Positions 10,291 through 20,692 of a DNA stretch of 64,000 nt are shown here, piece after piece. The DNA is from Candidatus Dormiibacterota bacterium. Lineage in GTDB: Bacteria > Chloroflexota > Dormibacteria > Aeolococcales > Aeolococcaceae. Numbering within the stretch: the first letter of the stretch is position 1; every line of letters starts with the position of its first letter. The notes beneath the pieces were generated by a model that saw only the letters and a program-made list of their open reading frames with translations, searched no databases and was not told the origin of the DNA. Location: the NCBI GenBank assembly GCA_963718525.1, contig OY970355.1, positions 1,824,001-1,888,000 on the forward strand, in the 5' to 3' direction. Both the position numbers and the translations under genes were made by a program.

Positions 10291-10352
10291 CCCGAGGGCG
10301 GGATTCGTCGCGCCCGAGGTTGACCTCAGCGGCGCTGGGGGAGAATCGGGTC

Positions 10353-11609
10353 ATGCGCCCTGTCGTCGCTCGCCCTGACGGCGAGATCGAAGTCCTCGGA
10401 GGATTCCATCCCGCCGGTCGATCCGGCGGAAGGCTGGTCAAGCTCGACGCCGCCCAGATGATCCCGCTGCCCGAAGGCACGACCCTCATGCACCTGCCGG
10501 GGCGGCGGACGCTGGCACTCGACTCCAAGGATCGCCCGGTCGACGTCGAGGCGGACCTGCTCCCCGTCGCCGCCGTGCTGCCGGTCGGCTATCTGCGAAC
10601 GCTGCTGCCCGCGTCGCGGCCGCTGCCGGGGAGTCGCCGGCTTCCTCTCTATGGATATGCGGCTGTGGTTGAGCACCACGACGCGCTGATGGTCGCGGCG
10701 CTGAGCACCGATGCGTTCGGTTGGTGGGAGCCGGGACGCTATGCCGGCGGCGGGCTCGACGCGGCCATCGAGAGCGCACGCCAGGCACTCCCGGGCAACC
10801 GGCTGGTCGACCATCTCGCCATCTGCGCCACCGATCTGCGCTGCTACACGGCGCAGAACACCTTCCTGCGCCGTTACGAGGGAGCGCTGCCAGCGTCGCC
10901 CGCCTGCAACGCCGACTGCCTCGGGTGCATCTCGCTGCAGACCGACGGTCAGGCACCCGCGCCCCAGCCCCGAATGCGCTTCGCACCGACCGCCGACGAG
11001 CTCGCAGGCATGGCGTCATTCCATCTCAGCGGCTCCGACGCTGGGATCGTGTCCTTCGGCCAGGGATGCGAGGGCGAGCCGCTGACCCGGGACGACGTCC
11101 TGGCCCGCGCTGTCGCGATGATCCGCACGGATCATCCCCAGGCAACGATCCACGTCAATACCAATGGCAGCCGCCCTCACGTCCTCCAGCGCCTCATCGA
11201 TGCAGGCTGCAACAGCGTCCGGATCAGCGCGATCTCGTTCACCGATCCGGTGTTTCGCGCGTACTACCGCCCCGTCGGGTACTCGATCGAGGACGTCATC
11301 GAGTGTGGCCGGGTGATGTCCGCGTCAGGGGGCCAGGTGTGCCTGAACCTGCTCACCTTCCCCGGGCTCACCAACTCGAACGCCGAGCTCGACCGGACCG
11401 CTGCGGCGGTGGTTGAGATGGGAGCACGGCAGATCCAGTGGCGTTCACTCAACTGCGATCACGACTGGCTCGTCGACGTCCTGGCGGCTCGCGGGCTGCT
11501 GCCCGATGACGGGATCGGCTTGGCCGCCGCGTATCACGACCTCGTTGATCGGCTCCCGGGCGTGACGCATGGCAACTTCACGCGGCCCGTCGCGATGGCC
11601 CTGGATTGA
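10353..11609 (+). CDS. Radical SAM protein
   Basis: CNADCLGC (CxxxCxxC), SFGQGCEGEP and NTNGS. It lies directly upstream of rpmE. Confidence 0.88.
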   Translation: MRPVVARPDGEIEVLGGFHPAGRSGGRLVKLDAAQMIPLPEGTTLMHLPGRRTLALDSKDRPVDVEADLLPVAAVLPVGYLRTLLPASRPLPGSRRLPLYGYAAVVEHHDALMVAALSTDAFGWWEPGRYAGGGLDAAIESARQALPGNRLVDHLAICATDLRCYTAQNTFLRRYEGALPASPACNADCLGCISLQTDGQAPAPQPRMRFAPTADELAGMASFHLSGSDAGIVSFGQGCEGEPLTRDDVLARAVAMIRTDHPQATIHVNTNGSRPHVLQRLIDAGCNSVRISAISFTDPVFRAYYRPVGYSIEDVIECGRVMSASGGQVCLNLLTFPGLTNSNAELDRTAAAVVEMGARQIQWRSLNCDHDWLVDVLAARGLLPDDGIGLAAAYHDLVDRLPGVTHGNFTRPVAMALD

Positions 11610-11666
11610 GCCCGAGGCGGGCGTGGTATCGTCAGGTCGTCCCTTCCGAGTGAACCAAGGCGCCCC

Positions 11667-11888
11667 ATGAAAGCTGCGATCCATCCCGTCTACCACGTCG
11701 ACGCTGAAGTCCATTGCCTGTGCGGCAACACCTTCACCACCGGCTCCACGCTCACGGAGCTGAAGACCGAGGTGTGCTCGGTGTGCCATCCGTTCTTCAC
11801 CGGGACGCAGCGCATCGTCGACACCGGCGGTCAGGTCGAGCGCTTCCGCCGTCGCGCCGAGCAGGCCAAGCAGGCCAAGCAGGCCTAA
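11667..11888 (+). CDS. rpmE: 50S ribosomal protein L31, zinc-binding type
   Basis: [21 protein letters not shown] and GQVERFRRR. Confidence 0.97.
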   Translation: MKAAIHPVYHVDAEVHCLCGNTFTTGSTLTELKTEVCSVCHPFFTGTQRIVDTGGQVERFRRRAEQAKQAKQA

Positions 11889-11930
11889 CCCGGAGCTGAT
11901 CGAAAGACCCCTCGACTCTGGCGACCACGG

Positions 11931-14249
11931 CTATGACCGTCCCTTCAATATCGACAGTGATCCTGCCGACAGATCCGTGGCGTAAACGGTATTGGTCTCC
12001 TGGTTGACTGCGACGCCGAACGGCTGTGAACCCACGGCCTGTTCGGGTGCAGGTCTCCCGCAACCGCTGGTGACCTCAGCGTTGCATGTTGATCCGTTGA
12101 TCACCGATACCCCGGCACTCGAGTAATCGGCGACGTAGATCGTGTCTGTTCTGATATCGACTGCGAGGATGAGTGGCGATCGCCCAATCACCACCGTGGG
12201 GAATGGGCCTGCACAGCCCGCGGTGTCGTGGCCATTGCAGGTTGCGCTATTGATCACCGACACGGTCCCGGGCGTGTCTCCGTTGGTATTGTTCGCCACA
12301 TAGACGGTGTTCGTGGCGTCGTCGACGCCCACACCGAACGGGCCAGCGCCAACTGTCAATGTGGCTGCGAGGGAACCGCAACCCGAATGGTCTGTGCCGT
12401 TGCACGTGGCCCCGTTGACGACGTCAACGGTATCACCCGATGCAAACGGGTTCCCCACGTTCGTCGCGTAGATTGTGTCCTGCTTCACACTGACCGCCAC
12501 AGCGGCCGTGTTCTCACTGATCGCAACCACGGACGGGGTCTGTCCGCAGCCCGATGTCACCTCAGCATTACACGTAGCGGCGTTCATCACCGCGAGCTCG
12601 TTTGAATTTGTGCCGAAGGGAACGTAGAGAGACTGTGTCGCGGGGTTGAGCGCCGGCGGGAGGGGGCCTGGGCCCACCGTGATCGTCGCCGCCGGGGCGG
12701 CACATCCGGCGGTGTGAGCCGCGTTGCAGGTGGCGATGTTGACGGCCACGACGATGCCTGAGCGGTCGGATACGTACAGCGTGTGATCGGCGTCATCGAT
12801 CGCCCCCATAAGGTCGTCGGGACTGACCATCGGGATCTCAGCGACCGGCGCGCATCCCGCGACGTGTTTGGCGTCGCAGGTCGCCCCCTTGATCACGTCG
12901 ATCTCGGGAAGGTTCAGGTTGGTCGCGTAGATCGTGTTCGTGGCCGGGTCGACCGATACCTCGTACTCCGGATCGGGCGCACTCGGCGCAACCTTGAGGC
13001 AGCCAGAGGTAGTGACGGCGTTGCATCGGCCGAGCGTGATCACCGAGGCTCGGTTCTCGCCGCCGACGGTGACCAGGTAGGCGGTGTCGGTCCCCGGGAG
13101 CAGCGTGATCGTATTCGGGTTCGCGGTGTACCCGGGGTTGTGATTCGATCCAGCCTGCGCGGCCGGTGTTGTCGTTGAGCAACCCGATGTCACAGTGCCT
13201 TTGCAAGTGTGCGTGTTGATCGCGGAGAGCGTGTCGTCTGATCCATTCAGCGCGAAGACGGTGTGCAGCCGGTCGTCGACCGCCACAGAAACTGGTCCGC
13301 CGCCGACAGACACGGTCGGCGGTGCGCTACTGCATCCGACCGTTATCTCGCCGTTGCACCGAGCGCCATTGATGACCGCGACCGTGTTGACGTTGTTGCT
13401 CGCGACGTAGATGGTATTGGTCTCCTGATCGACGGCATCCCAGAAGGAGCCACTGCCAACGGTGACGGTGTGCGGCGCCGATCCGCAGCCGCTGCCGGTG
13501 CTCCCGTTGCAGGTGGCGCCGTCGATCACGGACACGGTGCTTCCACCTCCGGAATCGTTGTCGGCGGTGTAGATCGTGTCTGTCGCGACATCGACGTCCA
13601 GGGCTTGAGGACCGAAGGTGTCGGTCACCGTCTTCACTGGTTTTCCGCACCCGCTCGTCGTCAGGGCGTTGCAGCTGGCGCCGTCGATCACGAAGACGCT
13701 GCCCGGAGCAGGGCTCGCGACGTAAAGCGTTCGAGTCATGGGATTGAAGACGTCATCGACAGGGAACCCACCCGTATCGATGGTCGCCACCGGCGTGCTG
13801 CAGCCGCTCGTGACCGTCGCATTGCACGTGGATCCGTTGACCACAGAGACACTTCCTGTGCCGTTCGCAACATAGATGGTGTCGGTCTTCTCGTCCACCG
13901 CCGCCGCCAGCGGACTGTCGCCAACCCTTGCTCTGGCGACGACATGGCAATCCGTTGTGATCACGGAGTTGCACGTCGAGGTGTTGATCAGGTCCATTTC
14001 GTGCGTGAGGGGTGCCGGCGGACAGCCGATGGGGCATTGCACGGGCACGTACAGGGTGTCCGTCCTCGGATTGACAGCCGGAGTCCCCGGGCTTCCGTCG
14101 AGGTTGATGAACCCTCGCTGGATCGAGGCGGGTACGGCTGGGCTGGCGCTCGGTGTGATCCGCGCTCCGACCTGTAGTGGGCTGGCGATGGCCATGAGGA
14201 CCAAGGCAACCACGGCTCCGGGTACGAGACCGCCCTTCCTGAGGCGCAT
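11931..14249 (-). CDS. Secreted YncE/YVTN-type beta-propeller protein with 13 C-x7-C loops
   Basis: GGAGGTG RBS, signal peptide, and repeated 'AVD..T.TIYVAN...VSVI.GATCN...SGC' blades. Confidence 0.85.
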   Translation of the reverse strand: MRLRKGGLVPGAVVALVLMAIASPLQVGARITPSASPAVPASIQRGFINLDGSPGTPAVNPRTDTLYVPVQCPIGCPPAPLTHEMDLINTSTCNSVITTDCHVVARARVGDSPLAAAVDEKTDTIYVANGTGSVSVVNGSTCNATVTSGCSTPVATIDTGGFPVDDVFNPMTRTLYVASPAPGSVFVIDGASCNALTTSGCGKPVKTVTDTFGPQALDVDVATDTIYTADNDSGGGSTVSVIDGATCNGSTGSGCGSAPHTVTVGSGSFWDAVDQETNTIYVASNNVNTVAVINGARCNGEITVGCSSAPPTVSVGGGPVSVAVDDRLHTVFALNGSDDTLSAINTHTCKGTVTSGCSTTTPAAQAGSNHNPGYTANPNTITLLPGTDTAYLVTVGGENRASVITLGRCNAVTTSGCLKVAPSAPDPEYEVSVDPATNTIYATNLNLPEIDVIKGATCDAKHVAGCAPVAEIPMVSPDDLMGAIDDADHTLYVSDRSGIVVAVNIATCNAAHTAGCAAPAATITVGPGPLPPALNPATQSLYVPFGTNSNELAVMNAATCNAEVTSGCGQTPSVVAISENTAAVAVSVKQDTIYATNVGNPFASGDTVDVVNGATCNGTDHSGCGSLAATLTVGAGPFGVGVDDATNTVYVANNTNGDTPGTVSVINSATCNGHDTAGCAGPFPTVVIGRSPLILAVDIRTDTIYVADYSSAGVSVINGSTCNAEVTSGCGRPAPEQAVGSQPFGVAVNQETNTVYATDLSAGSLSILKGRS

Positions 14250-14328
14250 GTCACCACCTCCGTGCGCGTCCCAGTTGTGCGGTCACAACCGGAGTCCGCG
14301 ACCTTCTCTCACCGCCTCCGCGGCTTCT

Positions 14329-14366
14329 GTTCAATCAGGCGTTCATTTCGGGTGAACGAATGTTCA
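14329..14366. promoter_or_regulatory. Cluster of GTTCA/TGAAC half-sites including the palindrome TGAAC-GAAT-GTTCA
   Basis: Half-sites at 14329, 14341, 14353 and 14362, upstream of the propeller gene. Confidence 0.4.
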
Positions 14367-16961
14367 GTCGCTGACAGCGCGGCCGATGGACACGCGCCAG
14401 GCAATGTCCACGCGAGGATCCGGTTTGTACGCGCAGACCGTTCCGGTGTGGATCGTCGCATCGAGGTGGGCGCCCAGGTCGGCGTTCGCGGCGGCAATGC
14501 GCTGCAGTGCTGACCTGACCGCGCGCACCACGTTCAATCGGGCCCGCTCTGCGATCGACCCGGCATGGCGCGAGCGCCCTCCCAGCCCGAGCGCCCTACT
14601 CAGCTCGTGGGTGATGAAGTCCATCTCCTCGCGGAGAAGACCGACCTCATCCTCAGTACCCGACGCGTCGGCGGTCTCGATCGCCTCATGCAGCTCGGTC
14701 ACCCGAGCGCGGTATGCCCGGCGTGCCTCCGCATCGAGCAGCTCCCCCGCGTCGCTCGACGCGATCGCATGGGCCGTCTGACCGTCACCTGGTGAGCCGA
14801 GACGTTCGAGATCAAGAGCCGCGTGCGGACGTCCGGGGTCCGCAAGCAAGTGCGCGAGCACGCGGAGCCCCTTGCTGTCGCGAAGCCGGATGACTCGCGT
14901 CGCGTACGTGATTGCCCAGTATTCGCCCTCGAGCTCGAACCGGGCGTCCTCGTTGGCTAGGATCGGTGCCTCGAGGACACTCCCGTCGACACGGCGTCGC
15001 CGAATCGGGATGGTCCCGGTGTGACGCATAGCGTGCCTGAGCGCCTCGTCGATCGTGAGCGTCTCTCCTTCGGCACCTGCTGTGAGAAACGCTGCGTCAC
15101 CGAGGTGTCCGCGTAGCGTCTGCGCCCATAGCTCGTAGCGCTTCCGCTCGTCGCCGAGCATGCGGAATCCCAGTGCACGTTCTTCGGCCTCGACCGCACC
15201 CCAGACCCGGGCGGCAAGGGGATATGCTCCCAGCCCGACCAGGGCGCTTGCGATGCCTGCCGCGCAGAGGATCCGGCTGCGGCGTTCGCTTGCCCCGGTG
15301 ATCTCCAGGCTCGCCTGGTAGTACGCAACAGCACCCCGAAAGTCGCCGCGATCCAGCGCCAGGTCGCCGAGGCTGTGCATCGAGTGCCTGACCAGGCCCG
15401 GAAACGAGGACCGGGCCAGCCGGATCGCATCCGTGAACAGCCCCTCGCTCTCATCGTACGATCCCTGATCACGTGCGACGCCGGCGAGCAGGTGCAAAGT
15501 CGCCGCTCGTCCCGCGTTGTCAGCGATCGCTTCGAACAATTCCAGGGCGTCGCGATGAATGCCGATAGCCATTTCCAGATCTGCACGCTCGCTTGCGATC
15601 CGGCCGAGGCGGTTGAGCAGAAAGGCCACCCTCTGCGTGTTCCCGAGCTCACGGTGGAGAGCTAGGCTCTGTGTGTAGTACCGCTCGGCCTGGTCAGCGT
15701 CGGTCACGACGAAATAGTCGAGGAGTCCCGCCGCTTCCAGTGCAGCCGCGCGCAGCGAAGGGCTGACCGACGACTCTTCGAGCGCGGCCAACTCCAGCCA
15801 CAAACACGCATCGTGGCGATGGCCCCGGTCGATCCAGAACCTGGACAGTGCGATCCCGAGTCGCAGGCAAAGATCTGCGTTGCTCGTCGTCTGCGTCCAG
15901 GCGAGGGCAGCGCGCAGGTTTGCCACGTCGTCGTCGAGTTGTCCGAACGTCTCAGGATTGGACGGCCAGCTCTGTATGCCGGCCATCGCCTCGGCGGCCT
16001 GGGTGAAATACGCACCATGACGTCCCGCGAGCTCGTCTCGCTCGGCGACGGTCAGCCGCTCGGCGGCGAACTCCTGCACGGTCTCGAGCAGCGCGAAACG
16101 ATCGTCCCGCCCCCGATGGACGAGACTCTTGTCGACGAGCGATGAGATCGTCGCGAGGTCTGCAGCACACACCTCCTCCGCAGCCCTCAGATCGAAGCTG
16201 GCTGGAAATATCGCGAGGTGCTTGAACAGTTCACGTTCCCGCGTGGACAGCAGGTCCTCACTCCATTCAATCGTTGCTCTGAGTGTTTGATGACGTGCGG
16301 GCATGTCACGCGCCCCACCCGTGAGCATCGGCAATCGACGTTCCAATCGCGTCAGCAACGCACCAAGAGGCAGTACGTTCACCCGCGTTGCGGCAAGTTC
16401 GAGGGCGAGCGGGAGGCGGTCGAGACGGCTGCAGATGGCATCGACCGTCTCGTCTTCGACGAACGCGGGATCTACAGCACGAGCTCGCTCGACGAAGAGG
16501 GCGACCGCATCGGAGGGGCACAGCGGCTGCACCGTGAAGCGCTGTTCAGCGGTCAGGCGGAGTGGCTCGCGGCTGGTGACGAGGATGTGGACCGAGGGGC
16601 ACGCGGCGAGCAATGACGCGAGCAAAGGCGCGACTGCGGCCACAACCTGCTCGACGTTGTCGAGCACCAGGAGAAGGCTTTGCGCCCCAAGGTGGTCGGC
16701 GACCGAACCGTTGGCCCCGACCGATCGCGCGATTGTCTGCTCGACCAGGCGAGGGTCCCTAACGGGCGCCAGCGGCACCCAGCAGACACCGGCCGGGAAC
16801 CGCTCGGCAGCGTCGACGGCGATCTGGATTGCGAGGCGAGTTTTGCCTGAGCCACCCGCGCCAAGCAGGGTCACCAGTCGATGCGTACAGAGCAACGCAC
16901 CAGCGACCTGCAGCTCATCCACCCGGCCGATGAACCGGCTCTGCTGGACTGGAAGATTCAT
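14364..16961 (-). CDS. STAND-class ATPase with TPR repeats and a putative C-terminal DNA-binding domain
   Basis: NLP...FIGR, Walker A GAGGSGKT, Walker B LLVLDNVE, TSRE, LDRLPLALELAA, TPR helices and a C-terminal ERARLNVVRAVR domain. Confidence 0.88.
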   Translation of the reverse strand: MNLPVQQSRFIGRVDELQVAGALLCTHRLVTLLGAGGSGKTRLAIQIAVDAAERFPAGVCWVPLAPVRDPRLVEQTIARSVGANGSVADHLGAQSLLLVLDNVEQVVAAVAPLLASLLAACPSVHILVTSREPLRLTAEQRFTVQPLCPSDAVALFVERARAVDPAFVEDETVDAICSRLDRLPLALELAATRVNVLPLGALLTRLERRLPMLTGGARDMPARHQTLRATIEWSEDLLSTRERELFKHLAIFPASFDLRAAEEVCAADLATISSLVDKSLVHRGRDDRFALLETVQEFAAERLTVAERDELAGRHGAYFTQAAEAMAGIQSWPSNPETFGQLDDDVANLRAALAWTQTTSNADLCLRLGIALSRFWIDRGHRHDACLWLELAALEESSVSPSLRAAALEAAGLLDYFVVTDADQAERYYTQSLALHRELGNTQRVAFLLNRLGRIASERADLEMAIGIHRDALELFEAIADNAGRAATLHLLAGVARDQGSYDESEGLFTDAIRLARSSFPGLVRHSMHSLGDLALDRGDFRGAVAYYQASLEITGASERRSRILCAAGIASALVGLGAYPLAARVWGAVEAEERALGFRMLGDERKRYELWAQTLRGHLGDAAFLTAGAEGETLTIDEALRHAMRHTGTIPIRRRRVDGSVLEAPILANEDARFELEGEYWAITYATRVIRLRDSKGLRVLAHLLADPGRPHAALDLERLGSPGDGQTAHAIASSDAGELLDAEARRAYRARVTELHEAIETADASGTEDEVGLLREEMDFITHELSRALGLGGRSRHAGSIAERARLNVVRAVRSALQRIAAANADLGAHLDATIHTGTVCAYKPDPRVDIAWRVSIGRAVSD

Positions 16962-17190
16962 CGCGGAAACCCTCTGCTGAGGGGCACCGTACACCTGATA
17001 CGGTGCGGAGGCTTGGCGCTCCGGTCACCTATCCCGTGGGGCCCACGCGCGTCAACGCCTCCTCCCCGTGGCTCGGTGGCTCCCTATGGCGCGGCATCCT
17101 ACCACCGATTTGGGTACTACTACTAGCATGCGAACGATGATCTCAGTCCGCCGTGGCCGCGACCTCATGCTCACCGTCGCGGTCAACGCG

Positions 17191-18093
17191 GTGAGCGCGC
17201 CACCCGCCACCTTCTTCTATGGCGGCCAGGCGGTGATCGAAGGCGTGCTCATGCGCGGCCGGGATCGCTATGCGGTGGCCGCGCGCAGGCCGAACGGCGA
17301 GATCGCTGTGTGCACCGATGTGTTGCGCTCGCGCGTCTACACCGCAAGCGTCTGGCGCCGCCCATATCTTCGCGGCGTCGCCGGCCTGTACGAGACCATT
17401 CACCTGGGCATGCGCGCGCTGCAGTGGTCGGCGCTGGTGCAGCTCGGTCAGGACGCGGAAATCGGTGAGGGCGCGATTCGCGGCGCGATGATCGCGTCGC
17501 TGGTGTTCGCGCTCGCGCTGTTCATCGGCGCACCCCTGCTGCTCGGCAAACTGCTGCACCGCGGTGCGTCGCAGTCGATCACGGCCGTGCTCATCGAGGG
17601 CGTGATTCGCGCCGCGATCCTGATCCTCTACCTGCTGCTGATCGGTTTGATCCCGAATGTGCGCCGGCTGTTTCAGTATCACGGCGCCGAGCACATGGCG
17701 ATCAACGCGCTCGAGTCCGGCGACGCCATCGACGTTGCGCACGTTCGCGAGCGCAGCCGCCTCCATCCCCGCTGCGGCACTGGGTTTCTCGTCGTCGTCG
17801 CACTGGTGAGTGTCGGCGTCTTCGCCCCGCTCGGCCTGCTGCCCACGGCCGTGCGGCTGGTCTGTCAGATCGTGCTGGTCCCGGTGGTTGCAGCCGTGTC
17901 GTACGAGATCATCCGCGCGCTCGTCAGGGTCCGCACCACGCTGCCGGGACGGATCGCCCTGGCGCCGGTGCTCGGAACGCAGCTGCTGAGCACCCGCCGT
18001 CCCGTGGATGCGCAGATCGAGGTCGCCATTGCGGCACTCGATGCTGCTCGCGCCGGTGACACCGTCGTCTTCGAGGCGTCCGGAACGCGCTGA
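17191..18093 (+). CDS. DUF1385 (YqhQ-like) membrane protein
   Basis: [21 protein letters not shown] and HPRCGT. The start is uncertain. Confidence 0.9.
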   Translation: MSAPPATFFYGGQAVIEGVLMRGRDRYAVAARRPNGEIAVCTDVLRSRVYTASVWRRPYLRGVAGLYETIHLGMRALQWSALVQLGQDAEIGEGAIRGAMIASLVFALALFIGAPLLLGKLLHRGASQSITAVLIEGVIRAAILILYLLLIGLIPNVRRLFQYHGAEHMAINALESGDAIDVAHVRERSRLHPRCGTGFLVVVALVSVGVFAPLGLLPTAVRLVCQIVLVPVVAAVSYEIIRALVRVRTTLPGRIALAPVLGTQLLSTRRPVDAQIEVAIAALDAARAGDTVVFEASGTR

Positions 18094-18103
18094 GAGAGTT
18101 GCC

Positions 18104-19219
18104 ATGCCAGAGATGACACCGTTCGAACAGCGCCTCGCCGCGCTCGAGTCCCGCTACAACGAGCTCGAGACGCTGCTCAGCGCCCCCGACGCGTACCAGG
18201 ACCTCGAGCGCATCCAGCAGCTGTCGCGCGAGCAGGCCAAGCTCCGCGAGGTGGTGGAGGCGGCTCGACGCTGGCGCGATGCACAGGATGCGGCGCGCGA
18301 GGCCGACGAGATGATGCGTGCGGAGTCCGACCCGCAGATGATCGCCATGGCGGAGGAGGAGCATCAGGCCCAGCTCGCCGCCGCCGAGGCGGAGTACGAC
18401 CGGCTCCGCGCCCTGCTCCTGACCGAGGATCCCAATGACGAACGCGACGTCGTCGTCGAGATTCGCGCCGGCACGGGTGGCGACGAGGCAGCGCTCTTCG
18501 CCGCGGACCTCTTCCGCATGTATTCGCGATATGCGGAGCGGATGCGCTGGCGCATCGAGGTGCTCGACCAGAACGAGACCGCCGGGCACGGCTTCAAGGA
18601 GATCGTCTTCGAGGTGCACGGTCAGGGTGCGTACTCGCGGTTGAAGTTCGAATCGGGCGTGCACCGCGTGCAGCGTGTCCCGGACACCGAGGCGCAGGGA
18701 CGGATTCACACATCGGCCGCATCGGTTGTCGTGCTCCCCGAGGCGGACGACGTCGAGGTCGACCTCAATGACAACGACCTGAAGATCGACGTCTATCGCA
18801 GCACGGGACCCGGCGGTCAGAGCGTCAATACCACCAACTCCGCGGTGCGCATCACGCACCTCCCGACCGGACTCGTGGTGACGTGTCAGGACGAGAAGTC
18901 ACAGATCAAGAATCGTGCCAAGGCGATGCGCGTCCTTCGTGCGCGCCTCTACGACCTCGCCCAGGCGGAGCGTGACGCGGAGCTCAAGGCGACGCGCCGG
19001 TCAATGGTGGGCAGCGGCGACCGCAGCGAGAAGATCCGCACCTACAACTTTCCGCAGTCGCGCGTGACCGACCATCGCATCGACCTGACGCTGCATCAGC
19101 TCCAGCGCGTGCTCGACGGCGACCTCGACATGCTCATCGAGCCGCTGTCGAACGAGGACCAGGCGCGCCGCCTCCTCGAGGATGACAACGACGATGCTCC
19201 ATCCGGACACGCCGCCTGA
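18104..19219 (+). CDS. prfA: Peptide chain release factor 1
   Basis: [11 protein letters not shown], PxT motif (QRVPDTE), GPGGQ and IRTYNFPQ. Confidence 0.97.
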   Translation: MPEMTPFEQRLAALESRYNELETLLSAPDAYQDLERIQQLSREQAKLREVVEAARRWRDAQDAAREADEMMRAESDPQMIAMAEEEHQAQLAAAEAEYDRLRALLLTEDPNDERDVVVEIRAGTGGDEAALFAADLFRMYSRYAERMRWRIEVLDQNETAGHGFKEIVFEVHGQGAYSRLKFESGVHRVQRVPDTEAQGRIHTSAASVVVLPEADDVEVDLNDNDLKIDVYRSTGPGGQSVNTTNSAVRITHLPTGLVVTCQDEKSQIKNRAKAMRVLRARLYDLAQAERDAELKATRRSMVGSGDRSEKIRTYNFPQSRVTDHRIDLTLHQLQRVLDGDLDMLIEPLSNEDQARRLLEDDNDDAPSGHAA

Positions 19220-20078
19220 GGTGGCGACCGCCCCTCCAACGCTCATCGACGTGCTCCGGCTGAGCACGACGTACCTGGGTGACCACGGCAGCAGCTCGGC
19301 GCGGCTCGATTCCGAGCTGCTCTGCGCGCAGGCGCTCGGACTGCGCCGTCTCGACCTGTATCTGCAGTTCGACCGTCCTCTCGACGCCGAGGAGTTGACG
19401 TCGATACGCGAGCTGGTCCGGCGCCGGGGGAGGGGCGAGCCGGTGGCGTACATCACCGGGACCCGCGAGTTCTACGGACGGCCGTTCACGGTCACGCCCG
19501 ATGTGCTGGTGCCGCGACCCGACACCGAGACGCTCGTTGAGCGCGCCACCACATTCCTGCGCGCGAGGCCCGGCGCCGAGCTGCGCGTCGCCGACCTCGG
19601 CACCGGGAGCGGGTGCATCGCGATCACCGTCGCCGCCGAGATCCCGGGCATGCAGGTGGTGGCAACCGACGTCAGTCCGGCCGCACTCGAGGTTGCCCGC
19701 GCCAACGCGGCCGAGCTCGGCGTCGATGTCTCCTTTATGGAGTGCTCGTGGGCGGATGGGCTCGACGGCCGCTTCGACCTCATCGTCAGCAATCCGCCGT
19801 ACGTCACCACCGAGGAGCTCGAGGCCGTGGATCGCGACGTGCGCGACTTCGAGCCTCGCGGTGCGCTCCTGGGGGGCGATGATGGTCTCGATGCCTACAG
19901 GGCGCTGCTCACATCGGTCCGGGACAACGTGACCACGGCGCGACTGATGCTCGAGGTCGATCCGCGGCACGCCCAGGGAGTCGCAGCGCTGGTCAGCGCG
20001 ACGCTCGCGGGCGCCGTGACGTCGGAGGTGCCAGATCTCACCGGCCGCACCCGCGTTCTCGACGTCGAGATGCCGTGA
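19182..20078 (+). CDS. prmC: Release factor glutamine methyltransferase
   Basis: [25 protein letters not shown] and NPPY. The start is uncertain. Confidence 0.95.
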   Translation: MTTTMLHPDTPPEVATAPPTLIDVLRLSTTYLGDHGSSSARLDSELLCAQALGLRRLDLYLQFDRPLDAEELTSIRELVRRRGRGEPVAYITGTREFYGRPFTVTPDVLVPRPDTETLVERATTFLRARPGAELRVADLGTGSGCIAITVAAEIPGMQVVATDVSPAALEVARANAAELGVDVSFMECSWADGLDGRFDLIVSNPPYVTTEELEAVDRDVRDFEPRGALLGGDDGLDAYRALLTSVRDNVTTARLMLEVDPRHAQGVAALVSATLAGAVTSEVPDLTGRTRVLDVEMP

Positions 20079-20692
20079 GCATCGACCAGGCGGTGGAGGC
20101 GATCCGGCGCGGCGGGGTGATCGCCATGCCCACGGACACGGTCTACGGGCTGGCCTGCGACCCGGCGAACACCGCCGCGGTGAGCCGGATCTACACCATC
20201 AAGCGCCGCCCCGACCGGCTCGAACTGACGCTGCTGGCCGCGTCGATCGCGGACTTCGCGGAGGACGTCGACCTCAACCCCGCGGCGCGACGGCTCGCCG
20301 ACGCGTACTGGCCGGGGCCGCTCTCGATCATCGCACCGCTGCGGGGCCACCGCTGGGCGATTCCGCGCGATGCCGACAGCCTGAGCGTTCGCGTCCCGGA
20401 TCACCCCATCGCCCTGGCGCTGCTCCGGCGCACCGGACCGCTCGCCACCACCAGCGCGAACCGCCACGGCGAGCCACCCGGCGACACCGCGCACGGCGTG
20501 GCCGCGGCCCTCGGCGCTGAGATCGACAACGTCCTCGACGGTGGTCCCTCGGGCGGACTTGCCTCGACTATCATCGACTGCACGACGATGACCCCTCGCG
20601 TACTCCGCGACGGCCCGATCAGCGCCGGCGCGTTGTTCTCGCTTCTTGGGGGCTCCACAGCAACCACCACGGAGGGGCAGCGATCGCAGTGA
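20075..20692 (+). CDS. tsaC: L-threonylcarbamoyladenylate synthase (YrdC domain only)
   Basis: PTDTVYGL, IKRR, WPGPL and TSAN. Confidence 0.92.
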   Translation: MSIDQAVEAIRRGGVIAMPTDTVYGLACDPANTAAVSRIYTIKRRPDRLELTLLAASIADFAEDVDLNPAARRLADAYWPGPLSIIAPLRGHRWAIPRDADSLSVRVPDHPIALALLRRTGPLATTSANRHGEPPGDTAHGVAAALGAEIDNVLDGGPSGGLASTIIDCTTMTPRVLRDGPISAGALFSLLGGSTATTTEGQRSQ

